NCBI GenBank assembly: GCA_047495785.1
Contig: JBLDXI010000064.1
Coordinates: 248,001-312,000 of the forward strand
Origin: Lepidodermella squamata
Taxonomy: Eukaryota > Animalia > Gastrotricha
Length of the DNA: 64,000 nucleotides
Direction of reading: 5' to 3'
Of the stretch, positions 11,921 through 25,325 are shown piece by piece. A model generated the notes under the pieces. The model had not been told where the DNA came from and did no database searches. It worked only from the letters and a program-made list of their open reading frames with translations. Position 1 is the first letter of the stretch, and the number at the start of each line of letters is the position of its first letter. A program made the translations under genes and the position numbers.

Positions 11921-14900
11921 TCACGAAAACGTCTCGCATAAGACGCGGTCAGCCAAACTATTGCAAGCAACTGTCATGTAGTAAAGATTCGCGCCGTTAC
12001 GAATAACAACACACCCATCGGATGTAATAGGCGTAACCCACTGCGAATCGATGTAGTTGAAATTGGAGCCATCGTCCCATTTGAATACTTGGTTATTTTG
12101 ATGGGTGAGGGGAATCCACGCTTTCGAATATCCAATTGCACCGAAAATCAATGCTACCACGGCATCGCTCCATTCAGAGTCTGATCTGATCCTGGCGAAG
12201 CTAGCATTTCGCGCGGCGCATTTCGACCGGGCTTCGGCAACGCCAAAATCAACAGCTCCGGCGATTGCCAAAAAATTCTTCTTCACATTCTTACACGTCT
12301 TCTCATCGTTATAAGTGACATTAGCCGGTTCTCGAACTTGAGAGACCGCATTGCAGCCAACCGTTTCCGCCACACATTGAACTGCCCCGTTGCTCGTGTC
12401 GACGCAGCGGAAAATTTTCGGCTATAAAAATCAATAATACGGTTAACAGATAAAAAGTAGGGTCCAGCAACATTTCTGACGTTGTGAGATTTTGATGTAA
12501 CTTTCAAGATAAATTAACGTGGAGTCGAAGAAAAGCAAAAAAAAAATTTCGGAACATTTGAATTCGAGTGTGGGATTGCGACAAAATTAAAGACTAAAAT
12601 AAACAAAATTTAAAAAAAGTGGCACGCGAAATTTATATTTCGAAATGTTGAGAGCCAACCCACCAGAGGTGTTATATCTCTGATACAGCTGTCATGGTTC
12701 AGTCGGAAGTTCTGCAAGCCTGAGAACAATTTAACCTGCAAGGAAAAGCAGTTTTTACCGGCAAATTGTGTTGAACCAACTTTACCTGCGAAAGGTCTCG
12801 TGGGCAAGCGGCGTAGCAAGATAGCCGTTTGGTTGAATCCTCGCATGAAACGGCATTCTGTTGAAATTGAGACACTTTCTTGTTAGATTGCTAATACCAA
12901 AACTCACGCCAAGCAAGCACGTCTCGCGATTGATGAACACTCCGGTCGAGTACTGCTGGGTTTCATTGCTAGCGAAGCAGCCAGGGATTTGCGGTCGACA
13001 GTCGTTGAACTTTTTGGTCGTAGAATCAAAGCACCGAATGTGCGGCTTTTCACTGATCGGAGCTGAGACTGAAATGACAAACGCAAAATTAATTGTCGGC
13101 CCAGGTTTCTAGAAAGTCAAATCATTCACTGGGGAAATTATTCTAAATTCTATTTCTAGTTTTCAAATAACGAGACTTTCGAACCTGTTCCATTGGTGCA
13201 TAACGCGAGGGTTGGATACAGAGTTGATCCCGTGGCCTAGACCACAGAAAGGAGAATCAGCGTCACACAGTAACACATCAACCGTTTCAAATTGCTCACC
13301 CAGTTGTTGGGGCAGGAGTACGGGTCTGGGACACAGGTCATGATGACGTTGTTTGAGGTGCATCGCTTGAATTTCAAAGTCTGAAATGGCAATGCAGTTG
13401 AACTTCAATGGTGCCATCAGTTTCTTGAAATCTCACCGCGAATTCAGCTTTCTTTTTCTCGCATTCGTTGAGGTTGTACTTTAAACTTAAAGTTGGCTTC
13501 TGATCGTCGAACCAGAACGTCTAAAATTTTAAGCGGATTTTTTGATGGTATAGCGATATCATAGTAGATAATACTTCAAAAAAAAATAAGGCCAAGGATC
13601 CGTACACCGACGCGTTTCGGCTTTTATTGCCATCTTCAGGGTCTAACAAAGAAATTTACAACATCAATTAAGCTAATTTCAGATGTCAACAATCAGTACG
13701 GCCTCTCACCTCATTTTTGTTGCCAGTTGGTGAAGATTATATAAACTGCGGAAATTAGTTCAGATTTACATCTTAAATGTTACTAGAAACACAACAAGTT
13801 AAGTTAGGATATTATAGTCAAGTAATATAAAATTATAAACTATTTTTGCGATTATTTACGTATGCACATTTTGTTGATAGTGGGATCCAAAGCCTGTATG
13901 TACAGCTTTTCAGTACGTAAAAGACTGAAAGGTTTTTGGCACTGGTGGAGGATAGAGGCGTGGAATGGAGGATCTTTTTTCACACATGTTACGAAGTGCT
14001 CACCAGGCGTGCCAGGTTTTATCGAGTTGACTGAGTAAATATGCTGAGTGGTACGTGTAGCAGCAGGTTTGCTAGTGCAACCAACATATTTTTCACCACA
14101 AGTTCTACATTCCAATTGATAAATTACATTTTGTTTCGTACAGTTAGAACGAAGGTCTTTTGATAGGCCACACAAGCAACCCCAACATTTATAAGAAGTA
14201 TGTACATAATCTGTGAAGCGGGTGGGTATCATGACTTTCAAGGCGGTAGATTTCCAGCAAATCTGGATATCTCTTTGATAAAAGGCCTGAAATTTAAATT
14301 GGCTGAAATTAGCTTAATTGATGTTGTAAATTTCTTTGTTAGACCCTGAAGATGGCAATAAAAGCCGAAACGCGTCGGTGTACGGATCCTTGGCCTTATT
14401 TTTTGAAGTAACGTCTAAAATATCGATTTTATAAAATAAAAACAAGATTTCGATGACCAATTTCAATCATTTTTTAGAATTTTTTAAATAATTGAATGAG
14501 GCTCACATTCATATCACCGGGGTTGTTACAGCCGATATTCCCAGGCACGCAGAACGGAGTCAGAGCCGCGTATTTGTAGCACATTCGGGCATTCTGTAGA
14601 CAAAACAGAACATATTTGAATTTTTATAGCAGAAGAAATAACGGACCCCAGTGTTGCAGACGCCGGTTGTTCGGAAAATGGAGCCCAACTTCAATAGACA
14701 AATAGACAAACACGTCAATTCTCGGAAGAAATTAAAATGGTTAATTGAGGAATTAACCTGATATTCGGTGAGTGGATCACAGGCATTGGCAGCTAGTTTG
14801 CAGCTGGTGAATCGGTTGCTGAACTGCGAGAAGCACCGAACCCAGTTCACTTCTGTACCCGAAACGTCGTCGCCTGACGCCAACAAGAGGGTTAGCAGTA

Positions 14901-14922
14901 GGGCGTAGCAATACGAAACCAT
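11921..14922 (-). CDS. Secreted Cys-repeat + C-type lectin-like domain protein, about 10 exons, Penelope insertion at an intron/exon boundary
   Basis: Signal peptide MVSYCYALLLTLLLASG; NWVRCFSQFSNRFTSC. The exons I translated splice in frame to a CTLD exon (KCAARNASFARIRS, WIPL, FKWDDGS, GCV, VLCETFS*). Confidence 0.85.
13606..13642 (-). ncRNA. Minimal type I hammerhead ribozyme (sense to the element and to the host lectin gene)
   Basis: acc-CUGAAGA-u-ggc-aauaaaa-gcc-GAAA-cgc-GUC-ggu: full catalytic core, 3-bp stems I and II, palindromic ACGCGU stem III, as known for Penelope pLTR hammerheads. Confidence 0.88.
14343..14379 (+). ncRNA. Minimal type I hammerhead ribozyme, inverted copy
   Basis: accctgaagatggcaataaaagccgaaacgcgtcggt, identical to the minus-strand copy. 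Confidence 0.88.
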
Positions 14923-15433
14923 CTGGTCAAATGAGCTTTGAAAGAAAATAAACAAAAAATTCGCTTTGTGAATTTTATTAAAAATTTAACGAATGAAACT
15001 TGAATTGAGGCGCGTTTCAACGTGTTTGTAGTATTTTTTATGGCTCGACTTATTCTTGTGTTGCGATGACACGCGGCCTAGAAATTTCGCCAAGTCACGT
15101 TTTAAAAAAATACTCTGATACAAAACTGTGTCACGGCGTTTCATTTTCGGCGCCGAGCCCTGCCAAATAAAAGATCGCGTGTTTAAGAGTGCACTGCCGA
15201 GTTCAAGTCCGTGTTATCCGGTTGACTATAGTTTAACAATTATTTCTTATTTCTTTGAAGAAAAATAACAGATTATTCAATTCAACAATCCACACATTCT
15301 TCATTTCACAAAATCGACTAAGAAGAGCAGCTAAGACTCAGCTAAATCGACGAAGAGCAGAACTTGGTGAATAGAATTCGGTATTCGGCATTCGGCATTG
15401 CTTCGCCTGTGTTGTAAGATCTGGGAAGTGAGC

Positions 15434-15652
15434 GTGTGACAAAATGACTGACGGCAAATGTAGGCCATGACCTGGCGGTTCTTTTGACTCCGAATTTGGG
15501 GCCATAAGATCTGAGCAGGTCTTTGAAAATGACTGTGTAATAACGTCGAAATTTCTGATTTCTGTGCGTTCCTTGAAGTCTTTGGCCCCAAATTCGGAGC
15601 CAAAAGAACCGCCAGGTCATGGCCTACATTTGCCGTCAGGCATTTTGCCACA
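15434..15652. mobile_element. MITE / long hairpin with about 75-bp imperfect inverted arms
   Basis: caaaatgactgacggcaaatgtaggccatgacctggcggttcttttgactccgaatttggggcca mirrored at about 15580-15650. Confidence 0.75.
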
Positions 15653-18165
15653 CGACGCATTGTTGACCCGATAAAAGGACTTTTTGACAGACCCAGGATT
15701 TGGATCCAAATATCGGATCTCGCAGTCTATTTTTGGCAGTTAAAGTGTTAATGGTCCTGGAACACGGAGCATTACAAATTTTACATTTTCAATATCACGG
15801 TTCCCAAACCCGCAAGGGTAAGGCTGTTACATTTCATTAAATTGTCATCACCTTGATGCCTTGACACCTCGCTCTTTTTCGGTTGAAATCACTTGCCATT
15901 ATGGGAAATACAGCACACATTTTTCCATCCCTGGCAGCTCCAGGATCTAAGATCGCAACGTTATTCATCCAGGCACAGATTTGTCAAAATCGGCAACCTT
16001 CAAATTATAAATTAATGAAGACTGGTGATACACCTACTTCCATTTATTCTTATGAATGAAATCATAGTTAGGCAATTAACATAATTCAAAGAAAACGATG
16101 TAGATTGTCAATTTTTGAAGTAACGATGAGAGTACTTTATAATCAGCAGTCACTGATGTATAATTGTGTATGATTGTATAATTGTGACTGGCGGCTTTCC
16201 AACCTAGCTCTTGCCAATCGTGAAAGCGGCACAATTGATTTCAACCATTCGCATTTCCTCAAAACTTAGAACCTTGTAGAATAAGTTCAGGCAAGCCACG
16301 CTACCCAACAGCTGTTCTTGTGGGTTTGAAAGCGAGCTGTTAAATGGAAGTGAATGAACCATGCACTTACTGTATCAAAAAAAATGAAACTAACCCTCCC
16401 AAGCTGAATAAGCCACTCGTGACAGGCCGCGAGCTGCTTCCTACAACCCCACCTTCCGTTTGGATAAAGAACTGCAATTCATTGTTGTTGGAATTGAACG
16501 TTATTGTCAGAAACTGCCATGCCATTGTGGATGGTGCCTGGATTGATTTCGATATAAAAGAATCACCATACGGCCGAATTTGAAACGTTCCGCCACTTTT
16601 CCGGAGTTCAAGTCCAGCAGCATTATCTGGAGCGAATTCGAATATCGCGCCGGTCGTGCCATCTGGACTAGTGGCTAATAGAGTGATTGTAAAATTTCCC
16701 GAGGTCAGCCTGACTTTATCATCAGCCACAATTATAGGATCGGATGAATTGTAATAGAAGGCCGTGCTTGGTACACCGAATGGCCCGGTAACTCGTGCCA
16801 GGGGCGTGATTGGCACGTTCTTCGCATCGGCTCTAGGATCGACTACGTCGTTGAAATCAGAAACCAGTGGCCAAAGAGCTGTGTTCGATGGTAGAATAGC
16901 TTTCAAATTCTCAGGAGCCCAAGTTTTTCCGGCGCTGATTTGCAGGCATCTTCGTCGAAGTATCCACAGCTGCTGGATTGTCAGGGCTGTCTTGAATATC
17001 GATAAACAAGACCCTCCACCATAAAGCGGGTCTTCGTCTAATGTATTGGTGCCCATATGCAATCTATTGCTGGTAGCTGGCGCCGTTACGCTAACCGTGT
17101 AGGTGAAGCTGTCGCAAACAGCTGTCAGTTGATTAGATGCACGATTGTAGATGGCAGCGATAAAAATCGAAGCTGGGAGGGTCTGAGCGGCACATTGAAA
17201 TGACTTGGCCGCGGACTGAGTATCTGTAACAAAACATGGCAATCATGTTCCCTGTGCAATCACTCTAGCTGTTCGAAGTTGAAAAAAAATCTGCTCGACT
17301 GCTCGAATTTGGGATCCCCCATCCCCTCTGAAAGTCGCACACTGAAATTCGGAATCTAGGATCTTAGATTCCGAATTTCGCCCTATTAAGACTAAGAGTC
17401 CATAAGTTTCCAGTCTTATATTATTTGTATATGTTTTGCATACACTGTATACCTTTGAGTCTCTCGAACACATTATTTCTTCCACTTTGGCATGATAGCT
17501 CGGTAACGGTAGAGAATTTGCATCTTTTAAACACGTTCTCCCGTAACAATTTGCTACGGCGCTATTGTCAACATTGCCGAACTCCCCTTTCATTTATATA
17601 CTAAACAATTTCAACTGATAATGAACTCACCGATGTATATGAGCAGAGAATTGCTAGAAAAAACGTAATAAATGCGGAATAGTGATGCAGCGTCGCGAAA
17701 CATTAGGATTGGCGAAGGGTTTGATCCACTGTCGATGCGGGCGTAAATAGAAATTGTGAAAGAAGATTGGCTGAGATCGAGCTGGCTATTCTGGACGATC
17801 AGATAACCGGGCGTACCACCAGTCGATAACAGAGAGTTTGCGAATCCAAATGGGCCAATATAGAAATAGTTATAACCATAAACAGTTACACCATGGACAC
17901 CATTCCCGCTAACATCATTTGTGCCGTAAGCCTTCGTCAGCGGTAAGTAAGCCAATTCTTTCGGTAGCCCAAAAGGCATTTCTGAAAGCGACAGCTGACT
18001 GTTTGCGATTCGAAATTTCGCCAGACTTACCTAGTTCGCATAGCGCCAAATCGGTGAACCATAAACCAGTCGATGCCTAAGTGCGAGCAGTTCGGCTATG
18101 AATGCAATAGGAGATGAAATGATGATGCTCACGGAATTTTGAGGGCAGTTGTCGCTAATGGTCAC

Positions 18166-18926
18166 GCACATTTTCCGGCCCGCCGGTGTTTCCTCCGCGC
18201 GCGCGCTCCTATTGGTTGGGGCTTATTGCGCAACATTTCAAGATAATTATAGCCTACCCCCACGCGCGCGCACTCGGACGCGCCTGAGCGCCCGTGCGCT
18301 AAGTCTATGACAGTTTGCTAAGTCTAAGACGAGCATGCTGCATGCTTTTCAACAAAAATATAAGCCCACCCTTGAAAAGGATGTTTGGCATTGTTAATAC
18401 GACAACAAAACTGACTGCATCGTGACGGCCTACACGTCTTTATTTGATGACTTATCTGTTCGTATCCAAAAACACCGGCCATAAGAATTTAAAAAGTTGA
18501 TATAAGAAAGGATGCGAAGGATTTTTTTCGAGGAACCCGCTTTTTTTATGAAAAATTATTAAATAAAAAAAATAAACTGGAAATAGCCATTTTAGGCGCG
18601 CTATTTTAGGCTATTTTAGGGTGATGTTGAACACTTCAGGGAAAATTCGGTTCAAATTTAAAATCAACTTGAAACACCAAATACCAATGAAAAAAGTGAA
18701 AATACGAAAATTTCGCCTTTTATTCCACCCACCACGCATATCCAACCCCTAGCGCGCCGTTATTCTCCTGAATTTCGGACTTGTACATTTTCCAGCGCAC
18801 GCGCGCGAGGGAGGGCTGCAATTATTTGTTGCGCAATAAATGCGAGCGAGGCGTATTTACGCGTAAAACGAGCCAACCAATAGGAGCGCGCGCGCGGAGG
18901 AAACACCGGCGGGCCGGAAAATGTGC
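18166..18926. mobile_element. Non-autonomous Mutator-like element inserted in a coding exon
   Basis: Long TIRs gcacattttccggcccgccggtgttt..; 9-bp TSD aatggtcac at 18157-18165 and 18927-18935. Removing it restores ARQCVTISDNCPQNS on the minus strand. Confidence 0.88.
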
Positions 18927-19857
18927 AATGGTCACACATTGACGCGCCATGAGCAGTTGATTCGTGCAGAGAATGTACTGCATTAGGGACACAAAATATA
19001 AAATGAAACAAGCGTCGTCTGTTAGAAAGCAATACTAAAGAATGATAAATACCAGGGAAATAACAGGCTCAGAGTATATTCGGGGAGAACATTTCAATTT
19101 CGGAGTAAGCGTTTTGAGCTGTTCAGTAATAAGGATGTCAACCTGTTTGTAAGGGGAATCTGGGAATTATTCCCGCTGAAGTCTCGAAGGCGGCCGCTAT
19201 CTAATGAGCTCAAGCTTGGAATTCAGAATTTTAGTTTGATTTATTTCGCGAAAAACGACTTTTTAGAGCGGCATTAATTTATTAATTATTAATTGAAAAT
19301 CGACTTAAAAAACAATTAAACGCATTCGAAAAGATTGTTGTACGATCTTTTCGAATTTTCAAGCTTTTAATAATAGAACCAATTCCTAAATTCCTAGTCT
19401 TACGAAAATTCAGACGACCTGAAAATTATCCACTTTCTTTTATTTCTTTTATTTGAACTATAGAACTATAGTAGAACTATAGAAATAAAATAATTCCAAA
19501 CACTAATTGGCGTTGTTTCTCCATATAATTCAAGGGATATAGTGAGGCAAAGTGTAACTTCGTACCCGCAATTTCGTACCGCTGTCATTTCGTACCAAAA
19601 GTGGTGACCTTTTCATAACATTTTTAGTGATTTTTTCATTCCCAAAGCAATGCGAGGATTAGACTCACGATATGAATTTGTATTGGTACGAAATGACCAC
19701 GATATGAATTTTCCGATACGAACACTAAATCATAGTGAAATCATTACGAAATTATTGAATTCAGTACCTAACATCATTGAATTTTGTACCAAATTATCGC
19801 GACACCCCAGCTCTGGGACCCTAAGCAGAGTAAGGCTCAACAAACCACAGGGAGGAC

Positions 19858-20147
19858 CAGGGTGCGATCTTGGATCCCGGAGCTGCCAGGGATGGAAAAA
19901 AATTGTTTTGCTGTATTTGCCAAAATTACTAGTTATTTTGGCGAATAACCGAGCGCAGCGAGAAAATTTTGGAGATTTTCCACTAAAACACGCTCCAGAC
20001 CCAAATTGACGAAATAAGGGGATAAATTCTCATTTTGTCGTCTGGCCCGGCCGAGCTGGGAGGGGGGGGGACCCTTTGGTTACTTCGGCTGGGTGCTAGA
20101 AACTTGCTAGAAAACACCGCAGCTCCCGGATCCTACTTCGCACACTG
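19858..20147 (+). mobile_element. hAT-like MITE, same family as 36915-37162 and 54147-54335
   Basis: Termini cagggtgcga / tcgcacactg; internal similarity to the other copies. Confidence 0.75.
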
Positions 20148-23100
20148 CGTGTATGAAACTTACGATTGATCTGCAAGCCGCGTAATTTTGCGAAAATGTT
20201 CCATTTGCGAAATCACGTGTCTAAAATAAGACGATTTGATAAATTGAGAAATTGAGGTAGTTGATCAGACCGAAGGCTTTCCTTGCGGGCAACTCGGCGA
20301 ATCCTGGCATGTTGCTGCAGCAGCGCAGAGATGAACACTCTGAAACAGCGAAAGCGTTTGCAAAACATTACGTTGAACAACACCCTCACCGCAGTATTGC
20401 ATGCACTTTCAGATGTGAAACTGACGTCTCCAATCTGTGATGGAACATTTTGAAGTTGAGCAGAGTTATGCCTCGCATCAACTCACGGCAATGGAAGGGC
20501 TCGAGCAAGACGGGAAGCAGCCAATGTAGGATTTATCGCCAGCGTTGTAACAGTGCACGTAACTAACAACTGATTATAATGTTCATCAATGGAGATTATC
20601 TATATCAAAGCTAGATATATAAACCAACTTTTGCAGATTGCGAACGAGTCATAGCTAGCTCCATCCTGGTTTGCGGTCTGCAAAACAGTGTTATCAACCT
20701 TGGGATTCTGTCAAAGTAGACTCACAGTCGATGTTGGGCAGTTCGAGCTGATCGGGACGCAGACAGAGAGCAAATTTGTCTTCGGATCGACGCAGCGTTT
20801 ATGCTTCCCCTGAAATCAGCCAAATATAACCACCAAAGTCGTTGAACTTTTATATCACCTGAATTGCAGCAATGCAGGTCTGGAAATTAGTAGCAAACAG
20901 CGTAGTGCTCGATCCGACGCTTCCACCCTGTAAAATTTGCGATTGAACTCAACAGTGAGAAATGAAAAACTGGTGTCACGTCATATTTCCCAGCGCCGCT
21001 CGGGCACGAATCCAGGCAGCTACCGCCGTTCGAAGCATCGTAACACATGTTGATAGACTAAATATTAAATAGTTTGGTAAATGGTGGTATAATCGATGGG
21101 AAATCGCTGAACCCCTGTATCGCAACTAGTTTTCGACGCGAAGATCGTTTGGCTGGGTAGCTGTTTTACGAAAATCTATCAAAGCGTGGAATCATTGAAA
21201 ATAGACCTTACATCTGTCCCGTCACATGGCAACTGAGCAGGCCTGCACCCGGAGAACGTCGACCCGGTCGAACCAAAGCAACGGCGATGAGGGTAGAAGG
21301 ACTGCGGGGCTGAAAACACGATTTCACAGCACATTTCTATCAAGTTAATCATCAACCGACCAGATTCGCACTCGCCAAGATTGCTGAATGCAACGCCAGT
21401 TCAGAGGCTACTTGTACTGCCAGCCGGGCAAGTTTGAGAGCCATCAGTAGGGATGCATTTAACGAGAGCATAGGTTTGTGAATTCAGACAAAATGTATGT
21501 GGTTTCTACATAGAAAATATATAGAAATATTGATCGATTGTACCGATATATTGTACCGTATATGCCGCGAGATAGGTCATGCATTGGGCGTAATTCGTCC
21601 CAAAATCATCTGCGTTGTTGAAAGTAGCCACCTTCAAATGAGTTGAATAGGCTGGTAAAAACTTCACAACACATCGAAAAGCTCACCAGACTCATAGGCG
21701 ATCTGCAAACGCCTCGACAAACGAAAGCCGAAGCCGATTTGCATAGAGCTGCGGGCTGAGAAAACGAAACACAGACAAGTTTTGTCGCCCGATAAAAAGA
21801 AAAATGATTTACTCACCCCGGCAGAGCAATGTTTCTTGTCGATGTAGATTCCACCGCTGAAAGCCTGAGATCAAAATGAAGATTCAAATTAGATCTAAAA
21901 TTGTCTGAAACAAATACAGCACCTGTGTTTGAGTTGTAGTGTCACAACCCGGGGAAGCCAACCGACAGCCAGCGAATGAGCTGTTCGATGTTGAGAAACA
22001 CCGAACATGCTGCGAGAAATCTGAACTGCGGGCAGCTGCAAAAAAGAGGAAACGAATTGTTTGATTTAAACTTCGGATAAGTTCGGATAACGACAAATTC
22101 GGATAAATTTGCGTATTTGACCTCAATAAGCCTCAATAATTGCTGGCCTAAATTTTCCCAAAGTTATTCTACGGGGGCATAGATTCTTCTGTCGCGATTG
22201 CCTCTTTCGGATACAGTGCTCCCCCGCTATATGCATGGGGGCCGGGTCCAGGGTCGTGCAATTATCGAGGGAGACAGCTAACATGGGCTGTAAACGAGTC
22301 AGGGATTAAGTTTGAGCGAGTTGCTAGCCAGATGGCGCTGAGCAAACAGTTAACCTGACAACGCGTGATTTTTATTTCGCCTCTAGACTCTCTTTATTCT
22401 GAGCGGAAAATCGCATCAACGATGTTTCACGTTTCCTCGTGATTTTTAAAACTAAGGCATTCACGATAAATATCAATTGTCTCGGCAACAGTGGGACACC
22501 TGGGTTCTTATTTTCAATCCTAAAATTTTAACACTTTTGAAAACTTTCAAAGTTGAATTTCAAGATCATGCGTTTACCGAAATGTCATTTATTTGCTTTT
22601 CAGAACTGCCAATATTGATCAGTTGTCAGTAGCATCGATTTTAGAAGCATTCATTATACGCAGCAGTGTTTTATGAATGACATTTTTCGATTTTTCATTA
22701 AATTAATCGAATCGAAGATATTGAGCACGAAATAGCTGTGAATCGCTCTCATCGAGTTCGATTTTGTTTCGAAATGGCGCCTAGGCACCAAAATCCGTAG
22801 CTAGGCTAACAATTCCAACAACTCAGGACAACACGAACGAATAATCTCGGCCTAATTACGAGAATAAATCGATGTATCGAAATTCAAATAAAACGCCTAA
22901 TTCCTACTTGTGATGAGCTTTACAATATTAAATTCTCTTCTATGTATATTGAAGATAAGAGACCGTAACAAACCTCGAATCTGTCCCAAGCACTCCGTCA
23001 AGCTGAAAATCGGGGTCGATTCACTCTGAAATAAATGAGGACAAAATCATACAGCATGAAAATGAGAGAGAATCTCACCCAGCCAGTCAGACATTTGCTG

Positions 23101-24036
23101 TCAATGGGCACGCAAGTAACCGCTGTGCTATTCATGCACTTCTTCGCCGGGTTTTCCTGTTGAAAAATTCAAATAATTAAAAAATTCAATCATTCTCGAA
23201 AAAGGAGTAATACCATGTAGGGCCGAATAACACTGATGCAGTCGTCGTAACGCGGCTTGAACGCCAAACCCGTGAAATTGAGATGCTGCCGTGAAATAAT
23301 CGGTAAACAATTTAGCAATAATTAATTACTTGAGAAAATACCGGAATTTCATCCTTCGAGCATGCCACGGTTCGAGACAAGCATCTCAGGGTGAACTGCT
23401 TCACGTTGTAACAGCTACGGGCCGACTGAAATCAGATCTATGAAAATATGTTGACAAAGGTTCGAAATCAACTAACGCCGTCCTTGCATGACGCAAAATC
23501 AGTAAACGTCGAGCCGAGCTATTTGCGAGAAATTATAGATCAGAAATTATATAGATTTTTTAGATCAGAGTGAATTGTTGCCATTCTTGTATCCCACCTG
23601 AATTTCCTCGAATACAAAGCAATCGTCTTTGCAAGCGATGAATTCATCGTTCCATCGTGATATGCATCGCTTGTAGCAGCCGCCGAAGCCAAAAGCGATG
23701 GCAAGTAGTAAATAGGCTGTTAACAAATTCATCTATTAGCTGAAGTGAATAAAAACGAATGGATGTGAAAAACGATTTTTTCTTAATTTGTGCCGTTGTA
23801 GGAAAGGCTGTTGAAGAGCCGAGATTTATAATCCATATAGCACCAACGAATCCAGATCATCGCTATTGGCTAAACTGAAAATTACCAAAGCACGCGAGTA
23901 AGAAGATGTTCTCTCAAAGTATGGCAGAGTATGTCTTGAAAATTTGGTGAAATTTGGTGAAAAATGGAGATATCTGTTTTGAGAAATTCAACTTGAATAA
24001 GAATAAAGATTTATGAATTTTAGCTTGAGTGCTTAC

Positions 24037-24180
24037 TCTGGTCATTTGTTTCTCTATGCTCCTAGTAAATCGGTTGCTGAACAGCAAGGAGCAGCGAACC
24101 TAGCTCATCTCTATACCCAAAGCCCTGTCGCTTGATGCCAGCATGAGGGGTAACAACATTGCGTAGAAATACGAAGCCAT
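24037..24180 (-). pseudogene. Exon-1 remnant of the Cys-repeat lectin family
   Basis: MASYFYAMLLPLMLASS..EMS*VRCSLLFSNRFT. Paralogous to the 14922 gene; TAG replaces the conserved Trp and the rest is degraded. Confidence 0.8.
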
Positions 24181-25325
24181 GTGATGAAAAATCAGCTGAA
24201 AGTTTACGCTATGAAATTTGTAAAAATTGTTATGAATCAAATATGTAATGACGGTGCGATTCAACGTGTGTGTGTGGTTTTTTGCGGCGCCACTATTTGG
24301 TGTGATGAAATTAAGCACGCTCTCACAGTCACGCAGAAGTCTCAAAAATCTGAGCAACGGCGTTTTCGTTTTGGGCTTCTATTAAACAACTGCGCAGTAG
24401 CTTGGTCGCGTGCCGAAGAGGTCACTGCCGAGTCCATGTCGGAGTTTTATAATGTCGGAGTTTTATTCGAATTATTATTTTGAACACATACAAGCCGTTT
24501 TCACAAAATAGACCAATAATTATGAATTATGATAAAGCATGTGCGCGATTAACTAATACAAACCAGCTTATTGAAATTTCCAACATTTTCCGACTGCTTT
24601 TTCCTGTAAAATCAGTGATATTTTTTAGCCAAATGAAGATGTGTAAAATTAATGAAGCCTTCTGAAAAATGGTCAAGCTGGGAGCTCAGATCAGATCTAT
24701 TGACTGAAAACTGTGCGGGAATTTATTCCATCACGTTTTATGTGAAATCGATATAAAATGGATTATTAGAGATTATTAGATTATTAGATTTCTTGAATTT
24801 TCTGATTTTTTCTTTTTTTCATTATAATGACCTGGGATATTTGAGATATCCTTTCGTAACCTCAGGTGTATGTATTGCGATTTTGTATTTTGAATTCATC
24901 AGAAAATTTACTGATTTGTTATGCACAATGGCAGGAAAATGAAAAATCAGGTAGAAGTGACTCCAAAATAATATATTATGGCGGCTTCAAATTGGTGGAA
25001 GTTTCGTCGCTAAATTCCAGTTCGCAATTGGCACTTGGCAAACTTCCAACATCAAATGTGTCTGTCCCAATATAGTGCAGGTCATTTTTTCGAGTTGCGT
25101 AATACATTTTTTTGGATCGTGCCCCCGTTTTTAGCAATAAAAATACTACGCATTTTCCACGGCGATTTGAATGAAACTCTAAACACGTGTTGCAGAAATG
25201 CTTAGCCTCGAGTCGCGCGAAATAAGCCACCCGTTTAAAAAATGTGTAATCTGCTCGTCATTCAATTCATTTCGCTCGAATTGATTCAATAAACGTAGCT
25301 TTTTTAGAAAATTAAATTTCGAGCT

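Larger units (their letters stand above)
13528..14410 (-). mobile_element. 5'-truncated Penelope-like retroelement: GIY-YIG endonuclease 3' end flanked by inverted pseudo-LTRs
   Basis: ORF 13852-14241 has C..NVIYQLEC..C...YVG.T......R...H...H...E..I...P.IN, typical of the Penelope GIY-YIG domain. Inverted repeats 13572-13682 and 14303-14410. 12-bp direct repeat aacgtctaaaat at 13516-13527 and 14410-14421. Confidence 0.92.
16204..23732 (-). pseudogene. Long secreted Cys-repeat protein (about 11-12 repeats, >20 micro-exons) ending in two LamG/pentraxin-like domains; disrupted
   Basis: Signal peptide MNLLTAYLLLAIAFGFGG then KRCISRWNDEFIAC. Repeat exons continue to ASTGLWFTDLALCEL, then splice to EMPFGLPKELAYLPL..DVSGNG..FTISIY and LWPL..FTITL..WQFLTITF..GSVACLNLFYKVLS. 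In-frame TGA at 21401-21403 and a transposon in an exon (18166-18926). The join across about 19000-20160 is inferred. Confidence 0.7.

Noticed and set aside
21401-21403. In-frame TGA as selenocysteine
   Set aside because: Not at a conserved Cys position, no SECIS recognised, and the gene has a second lesion.
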